Of a DNA stretch of 39,248 bases, positions 34,284-39,248 are shown piece after piece. The notes below the pieces were generated by a model that saw only the letters and a list, made by a program, of their open reading frames with translations, was not told the origin of the DNA and searched no databases. The position numbers and the translations under genes are program-made. The DNA lies in the NCBI GenBank assembly GCA_947630585.1, contig CANRIE010000002.1, positions 1 through 39,248 of the forward strand. Direction: 5' to 3'. Position 1 is the stretch's first letter. Every line of letters begins with the position of its first letter. Origin of the DNA: an uncultured Bacilli bacterium (GTDB lineage Bacteria; Bacillota_I; Bacilli_A; RF39; UBA660).

Positions 34284-34388
34284 CGGGCGAACGGCATTAT
34301 TATTGTTCACGTTGTTCGAACTTACGTTCCCAGTCGTATTCCAATTAGCAACATTATTAGAGTTGTTAGAGGACGGAGACAAAAGCCA
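34284..34388 (-). repeat. DGR template repeat (TR)
   Basis: This 105 nt starts 12 nt after the RT stop and aligns without gaps to 36399-36503. The coding-strand sense reads WLLSPSSNNSNNVANWNTTGNVSSNNVNNNNAVRP, dominated by AAC/AAT codons. Confidence 0.9.
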
Positions 34389-34400
34389 CAACTCGCCAAT

Positions 34401-35507
34401 TTAATTTATCCTACCCCAAAAATATTTATTAACAATATTTTTAACTTTAATATTATTTGTATATTTAAAACTATAAAGATAAGTATTAATACTTGAAAAA
34501 CATTTTTCAAAACTAATATAACCTTTATTATATAAATACTTAACTTCTTTAACTCTTCTTTTTATTTTCTTTAAAGTATCTTTTTTTATTTTTATAATTG
34601 TTTTATTATTTTTAATAATAAAACGATATCCTAAAAAACAAAATCCTTCTTTACTACTTACTATTTTTGTTTTCTTTTTATTTATTTCTAATTTATAATC
34701 ATTATTTAATATCTTTTCAATTTTATTTAAACATTCTTCTAAATATTTCTTATTAGGATGCATGATTATAAGGTCATCCATGTACACTATTGTGTATTTA
34801 AGATGTAAATCATGAACAATATAATGAATTAATCTTGATAAATAAAATATTGATAGAAATTGACTAGTCATAGCTCCAAGTCCTAACCCTTTACCATCTT
34901 TATATCTTGGTAAATCATTTAATTTATCTTTATCATAAGGTCTTTTCTTAATCATTTCAACAATCCTAGAATCAATATCAGAATTTATATAACTACTATT
35001 AGTACTATCAATTATTCTACTAATTAATGTATATTCATCATTATCTAATTTGCATTTAATCAAACTCTTTAATACATCATGGTCTATATTATAAAAATAC
35101 TTTTTAATATCAATTTTTAATATATAAAAATTACCATATTTCTTACATTTTTCTAAATACTTTTTAACTAACTTAATTCCATAATCTACACCATATCCAC
35201 TTCTAGTTGCAACTATTCTATTATCTAAATATTTATCTAATTTTGGAATTAAAACATATCTTGCTAAATAATGATTAATAACTTTATCTTTAATTCTTAA
35301 AGACATTACTATTCTATACTTAGGTTCTCTAATTATAAATATATTATATTTACTAGGATAATAACTCATATTAGTAAGTTCATTATAGATATTTATGATA
35401 TTTTGCATTTTATTTCTTTCAAATACATAAACTTTTTTCTTATTCTTAGTATTCTTTCTAATTTCTAAATCATAAATATCTATTAAATCTTTAATATTAA
35501 CTTTCAT
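34401..35507 (-). CDS. DGR-type reverse transcriptase
   Basis: 368 aa with the catalytic motif VYMDDLIIMH and GLGAMTSQFLS (the [I/L]GxxxSQ signature characteristic of DGR RTs). No maturase/endonuclease domain or intron RNA is present. It overlaps the Avd-like gene by 11 nt, and TR lies immediately downstream. Confidence 0.9.
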   Translation of the reverse strand: MKVNIKDLIDIYDLEIRKNTKNKKKVYVFERNKMQNIINIYNELTNMSYYPSKYNIFIIREPKYRIVMSLRIKDKVINHYLARYVLIPKLDKYLDNRIVATRSGYGVDYGIKLVKKYLEKCKKYGNFYILKIDIKKYFYNIDHDVLKSLIKCKLDNDEYTLISRIIDSTNSSYINSDIDSRIVEMIKKRPYDKDKLNDLPRYKDGKGLGLGAMTSQFLSIFYLSRLIHYIVHDLHLKYTIVYMDDLIIMHPNKKYLEECLNKIEKILNNDYKLEINKKKTKIVSSKEGFCFLGYRFIIKNNKTIIKIKKDTLKKIKRRVKEVKYLYNKGYISFEKCFSSINTYLYSFKYTNNIKVKNIVNKYFWGRIN

Positions 35508-35835
35508 CTTGAATCCATTTAAACAACATCTTATTAATACTAAGTAATCTATTACTTAATTTAATAGATTGTTTTTCACTTATTATCCTCTTCTTAAAAC
35601 TTTGCTCTATATAAAAGTCAATTAAATTAACTTTCATAATAGTTTTAATTTGAATATCTTTTCTTTTATCTATATTAGTATAATTAGCAGTATAAACTAG
35701 TTCTAATAATTCATAACTATCATTAACTAATCTATTTCTAAGTTCAAAGTATTTTCTAGGATAATTAATTAAATAATCATCAAGTATCATAATAAATTCT
35801 TTAATATATTTAGCAATAACAAACTTATCATTCAT
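35497..35835 (-). CDS. avd: Avd-like (accessory variability determinant) four-helix-bundle protein
   Basis: 112 aa, basic and predicted all-helical. The YPRKYFELRNRL and EKQSIKLSNRLLSINKMLFKWI pattern resembles the Avd / 23S-rRNA-IVS protein family. It is translationally coupled to the RT. Confidence 0.75.
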   Translation of the reverse strand: MNDKFVIAKYIKEFIMILDDYLINYPRKYFELRNRLVNDSYELLELVYTANYTNIDKRKDIQIKTIMKVNLIDFYIEQSFKKRIISEKQSIKLSNRLLSINKMLFKWIQDES

Positions 35836-36187
35836 TTACAATACTAGATATAGTTTCTAGTATTCTATCTAATTTTTCAGGACTTACTTTTTTAACCTTT
35901 TCAACTAAATCTTTATAATTAGTATCTTTCTCATATTTTTCTTTTCCTAATCTTACAAATTTTAAATATTTATTTAAGTTCTTAAAGTTATTATTGTTAT
36001 CTTCTCCTATAACTTCATAACTAATCTTATTTTCTTCTAATTTATTTATTACTTTATTAAGTGCTGATTTAGGAAACCCTACTTTATTATTTTTAATTTG
36101 ATAGTTAAAAAGATAATAAAGAATATAACAATCATCATCATAAGTACTATAAAAAGTACCACTTCTTCTTATCTTGATAACATTCAT
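35828..36187 (-). CDS. Small MutS-domain-I-like protein (MSL-type DGR accessory candidate)
   Basis: 119 aa. RRSGTFYSTYDDDCYILYYLFNYQI...KVGFPKSALNKVINKLEENKISYEVI parallels the MutS mismatch-binding domain core (GDFYE-F--DA...G-P...L...KL...GY-V-I). It overlaps the avd start by 8 nt. Confidence 0.5.
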   Translation of the reverse strand: MNVIKIRRSGTFYSTYDDDCYILYYLFNYQIKNNKVGFPKSALNKVINKLEENKISYEVIGEDNNNNFKNLNKYLKFVRLGKEKYEKDTNYKDLVEKVKKVSPEKLDRILETISSIVNE

Positions 36188-36287
36188 ATAACTATAAAAC
36201 TATTCCTTTCTTTTATTAATTTATATAGTTAAACTTTCAATCAAAACCATTTCTACTAATGGTTAAACCCCTTGATATATAAGGCGG

Positions 36288-36315
36288 TTTCCGGACGTCT
36301 TTGCCGTCCAGGAAA
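36288..36315 (-). other. GC-rich hairpin 3 nt downstream of the DGR target stop codon
   Basis: Stem TTTCCGGACG / CGTCC(A)GGAAA has one bulged A and a 7-nt loop, and is unusually GC-rich for this genome. No T-run follows. Confidence 0.5.
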
Positions 36316-36317
36316 CT

Positions 36318-37958
36318 CTATGCTATTTCAGGGTAATATGGAGTATTCAAACTTCCATCTCCATCTGTTATTTTTATATCGGATATTAGATTAACGGACG
36401 GGCGAACGGCAATATTAGAGCTCACGTTGAGCGAACTTACGCTCTCAGTCGTATCCCAATTAGCAACATCAGTAGAGTCGTGAGAGGACGGAGACAAAAG
36501 CCATCCATAGTTACTTGGCATACTATTCATCCAACTTGCTGATTTTATACTACTAAAATCTTTTAATTGCTTATCCCAATTATCATTTTCACTGCTTACT
36601 GAAAAGCCATAATCGCTTGGATACATTAAGGCAATTTTTCCTTCCCAGGTTGCTTGATTTTCTTTCCACACTTTACATCCATTTTCACTTTCAGATTTTC
36701 CAGTATTTTCAACGCAACTTGCAACATCTCTTTCATTCGCATAGGCTTCTTTTGGATTATCAATTATTCCTGTATAACTTTCAGGATCATAAGTTACTGT
36801 TCCCAAATAATATTTGGTGTCTTTTATCATATCTTTGGCATTTTTACTTAAGTAACTCATGTACCCATCACTTGGTTGTTTTGTATATTTATCAATTCCA
36901 GCATTTAACCAATATTGGAGTCCTGCTGTTGCCCAGTCATTATTGTATGTTCCACTTGTTTTTTTATTCCAATAAGCATAGTTCCCACTTGTATATTGAA
37001 TATTATATTCAGTTCCACTTGCAGAAAAAGTTGCAGGGAACATATCTCTTGTTAAAACTTTATTATTAACTATTTTTAAGTGTTCTTCTCCACTTTCATC
37101 TTTGAATACTCCGATTATTCTCCATATTTCACAATTAGAACTTGCAGTTTCATAAGTTGTATTATCACTACAATTAAAATAAATATAATTCTTTATTCCA
37201 TCATTTCCAGAATAACGATATTCTCTTACCTCATCATCTTTTGAAGTTGTTGGAGTATTATCAGATTTTACTCCAATTACTCCTCCTGCTTGGCCTATAG
37301 TATCTTTAACAACATCAGTTCCAATTTCACTTTTAATTTCTTTCTCATCAAAGTCACCATTTACGGATACTTTGATACTTGCAAAAACATTATCATTCCA
37401 TGTTTCCATATCATAATCAGCAAGACTTGTATTTCCTATATTAGTCTTAGGGGATATCCACATATATAATTTATACGTTATTTCTACATTATCTGTATTT
37501 GCATCTATTGTATTTATCCATATTGCTTTTCCATCTTTTATATTACTATAACTTGCATTATCTAATACTGTTTTATCAACTCCATCTTTGGTTTCTACTA
37601 ACCTAAACATTAATAAGTTATCTTTTATTCTTTCTGTTCTTTCTGTATTTTCATCTCCTGTTGGTTCTTCTCCCCAATTTAAAACTATTTCATACCAAAT
37701 TGGTTTTGAATATTTATTCCTTCCTTCGATTGTAAACTCGAAATAATCATCATCACCTGGTTCAGCTTTAGGTAAAGCATTTGTAATTGATAGTTCATTA
37801 GATTCCGTATATTTCATGAATACATCTCCGCTTATCAAAACTTGATTTTGGAGCGTATTTGAATATGTCCATATTGCAAATGTTACTCCGAATATTAGAA
37901 CTAAACAAATCGCTGCTATAACTCCAACTATAACTCCCTTTTTACGTTTATTTTCCAT
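36318..37958 (-). CDS. Paralog 3 of the secreted/surface protein family; DGR target (variable protein)
   Basis: 546 aa with a GGAGGAAATAG RBS. The signal-like N-terminus and N-terminal domain are closely similar to paralog 1 (NQVLISGDVFMKYTESN, YFEFTIEGRNKYSK, ASIKVSVNGDFDEK). The C-terminal module GWLLSPSSHDSTDVANWDTTESVSSLNVSSNIAVRPSVNL carries the VR. Confidence 0.85.
   Translation of the reverse strand: MENKRKKGVIVGVIAAICLVLIFGVTFAIWTYSNTLQNQVLISGDVFMKYTESNELSITNALPKAEPGDDDYFEFTIEGRNKYSKPIWYEIVLNWGEEPTGDENTERTERIKDNLLMFRLVETKDGVDKTVLDNASYSNIKDGKAIWINTIDANTDNVEITYKLYMWISPKTNIGNTSLADYDMETWNDNVFASIKVSVNGDFDEKEIKSEIGTDVVKDTIGQAGGVIGVKSDNTPTTSKDDEVREYRYSGNDGIKNYIYFNCSDNTTYETASSNCEIWRIIGVFKDESGEEHLKIVNNKVLTRDMFPATFSASGTEYNIQYTSGNYAYWNKKTSGTYNNDWATAGLQYWLNAGIDKYTKQPSDGYMSYLSKNAKDMIKDTKYYLGTVTYDPESYTGIIDNPKEAYANERDVASCVENTGKSESENGCKVWKENQATWEGKIALMYPSDYGFSVSSENDNWDKQLKDFSSIKSASWMNSMPSNYGWLLSPSSHDSTDVANWDTTESVSSLNVSSNIAVRPSVNLISDIKITDGDGSLNTPYYPEIA
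36399..36503 (-). repeat. DGR variable repeat (VR)
   Basis: The 105 nt show 13 mismatches to TR. Twelve are at positions that are A in the TR coding strand (30 A in total). The VR ends 26 codons before the stop. The A-free GC-rich 3' end GCCGTTCGCCCG is identical to TR. Confidence 0.9.
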
Positions 37959-38005
37959 TTCTATTTCCTCCTTCTGGGCTTACGCCCCTCTACTATTACA
38001 TTTTC

Positions 38006-38034
38006 ATTATAAAATATTTTTAGGATTTTAGCAA
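38006..38034 (-). promoter_or_regulatory. Putative gene-proximal promoter of paralog 3
   Basis: On the minus strand, TTGCTA, a 17-nt spacer and TATAAT lie between the cassette terminator and the RBS. A small GGGC-GTAA-GCCC hairpin follows. Confidence 0.45.
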
Positions 38035-38057
38035 GTCTTTTTTTAAATCCTCATGTG

Positions 38058-38112
38058 AAAAAAGACATATTTAAAATAAGTATTATCAATACCATATTTT
38101 ATATGTCTTTTT
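38058..38112 (-). terminator. Intrinsic terminator inside the upstream cassette of paralog 3
   Basis: Stem AAAAAGACATAT / ATATGTCTTTTT has additional inner pairing AAAATA/TATTTT, and a T-run follows on the minus strand. It shares the GACATAT core with the other two cassettes. Confidence 0.65.
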
Positions 38113-38137
38113 GTATCTTTTACTATACTTTGAATAA

Positions 38138-38209
38138 CTAAAAGTGGTAGCCCCCCCCCAATGTCGACAAGTAGTTAACATACATATTTATCATATTTAC
38201 TATATTCAT
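38138..38209 (-). CDS. Conserved 23-codon sORF containing a G9 tract (MNIVNMINMYVNYLSTLGGGYHF)
   Basis: The AAAGGAAGTG RBS lies 6 nt upstream of the ATG. The homopolymer at 38151-38159 encodes Gly-Gly-Gly. The nucleotide sequence has diverged from the other two cassettes, but the peptide core YVN-L-T-GG-Y and the reading frame are kept. Confidence 0.55.
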   Translation of the reverse strand: MNIVNMINMYVNYLSTLGGGYHF

Positions 38210-38244
38210 AAACTACACTTCCTTTATTCTTAAAATACAACTTA

Positions 38245-38253
38245 ATCATATCA
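38245..38253 (-). promoter_or_regulatory. Extended -10 element TGATATGAT of the sORF cassette (paralog 3)
   Basis: It occupies the same position relative to the sORF RBS as TGATATCAT in the other two cassettes. Confidence 0.35.
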
Positions 38254-38296
38254 TATAATTTGAATTAAGGGAAGAGTATATTTTTCTAATTAGACA

Positions 38297-38701
38297 TTAT
38301 TTGACATATAATTTATTATTCTTTTTAAACTTAATATTTTTTAAGATAATACTTAAAAGAATAAAATAACTAATATTTAAAATAATACTATTTTTAAATT
38401 TATATATTAAATCACTTATAGTAACTATATTATAATTACTTAATTTAACTAATAAAAATAATATTAAATCATATAAAAAGATAAATATAATTACTAATAT
38501 TAAACTTATAAAATAATTACATCTTATAAATTTATCTATCTTTTTTATTATTTTAGCAAATAATAAAAATATTAAACTATTAAATAATAAAATATATGAA
38601 AATAATAAATCATAGATTAAACCTATTATAAATACAGTTTGTAAGTATTTTTTATTATCAATTTTATTATATAAAAATACAATTAAAGTTAAAGTTAACA
38701 T
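38297..38701 (-). CDS. mreD: MreD-like rod-shape membrane protein (apparently short at the N-terminus)
   Basis: This polytopic hydrophobic 134-aa ORF lies directly downstream of mreC and has an IIGLIYDLLF motif like the MreD GxxYD motif. No RBS precedes the ATG, and TM-like coding remnants lie upstream in other frames. Confidence 0.5.
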   Translation of the reverse strand: MLTLTLIVFLYNKIDNKKYLQTVFIIGLIYDLLFSYILLFNSLIFLLFAKIIKKIDKFIRCNYFISLILVIIFIFLYDLILFLLVKLSNYNIVTISDLIYKFKNSIILNISYFILLSIILKNIKFKKNNKLYVK

Positions 38702-38798
38702 TGGATAAAATAAATTTAAATTATTAAAGTAACTAGGAATAAAATACGTTATTAAATAATCTAATATTATTGTTATTAAAATAATAATATAAATAATA

Positions 38799-39248
38799 TC
38801 ACTTCCTTATTAAAACATTTACAAATTTAAAATCATTAAAGCTACTAGCTGGTTTAATTTTAATTATTTTAGATACATCATATTTATCAGGAGTAGTTTC
38901 AATTACACTTCCAATTAAAATACCACTTGGAAATATTCCTCCCATTCCACTTGTATAAACTAAACTATCTTTTTTAATATCAACAACTTTATTAGTTCCG
39001 GTTACTTCAAGAGTATTACTGTTTGCATCATATCCTGACATTATTCCATAGATAGTATCATCACCATTTTTTATCATAACTGATATTTTACTATTAATAT
39101 CATTTGTTGTTATTAACTTAATTTCACTTGTGAGTTTGGATACACGATTAACTCTTCCAATTAACCCACTTCCGGTAATCACTGCCATATCTTCTTTTAA
39201 CCCATCGTTACTACCTTTATTAATTGTAATTGTATTAAACCAATACAT
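38799..39248 (-). CDS. mreC: Rod shape-determining protein MreC, C-terminal part (5' end outside the window)
   Basis: The sequence GLKEDMAVITGSGLIGRVNRVSKLTSEIKLITTNDINSKISVMI...VYTSGMGGIFPSGILIGSV is the typical MreC beta-domain signature. Confidence 0.85.
   Translation of the reverse strand: MYWFNTITINKGSNDGLKEDMAVITGSGLIGRVNRVSKLTSEIKLITTNDINSKISVMIKNGDDTIYGIMSGYDANSNTLEVTGTNKVVDIKKDSLVYTSGMGGIFPSGILIGSVIETTPDKYDVSKIIKIKPASSFNDFKFVNVLIRK

Noticed and set aside
34401-35507. The reverse transcriptase could be a retron or a group II intron RT.
   Set aside because: There is no maturase/X or endonuclease domain, and no intron ribozyme-like or msr/msd-like structured region flanking it. Instead there is an Avd-like gene, a TR with Asn-codon runs and a cognate VR with adenine-specific mismatches, which fits a DGR.
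36617-37069. Plus-strand ORFs 36617-37069 and 36654-36851 inside the DGR target gene.
   Set aside because: They are antisense to a CDS that has paralogs and an RBS. Their composition is biased and no translation signals are present.

Overview
This is a very AT-rich chromosomal segment, coded almost entirely on the minus strand, from a low-GC Gram-positive (Bacillota-like) genome. It uses the standard genetic code (tRNA-Trp has anticodon CCA). Housekeeping genes present are gltX, rel, sufB, lysS, trmL, holA, alaS, cmk, mreC/mreD, tRNA-Ser(GCU) and tRNA-Trp(CCA). Five accessory modules are interleaved with them.

1. A compact type VIIb secretion locus at 631-8530: two WXG100-like genes, two unknown genes, essC and a YukD/EsaB-like gene. 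No recognisable EssA, EssB or EsaA is present.

2. A three-member family of large secreted proteins with TasA/camelysin-like signal regions (15227-17197, 24828-26777, 36318-37958). Each is preceded by the same unusual upstream cassette: an extended -10 promoter, a strong RBS, a conserved 23-26 codon sORF whose Gly-Gly codons are a G8 or G9 homopolymer, an intrinsic terminator, and then a second promoter.

3. A complete diversity-generating retroelement (DGR). It consists of VR 36399-36503 in the third paralog, a MutS-domain-I-like gene, Avd, a reverse transcriptase, and TR 34284-34388. Twelve of the 13 VR/TR mismatches fall at TR adenines.

4. A trio of short collagen-like/BclA-like proteins.

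5. An Ala-specifier T-box leader in front of a cmk-alaS operon.

The most novel-looking signal is the poly-G sORF plus terminator cassette repeated in front of all three paralogs. Together with the DGR, it suggests two layers of variation on one surface-protein family. No CRISPR array, integrase, transposase or rRNA was seen.
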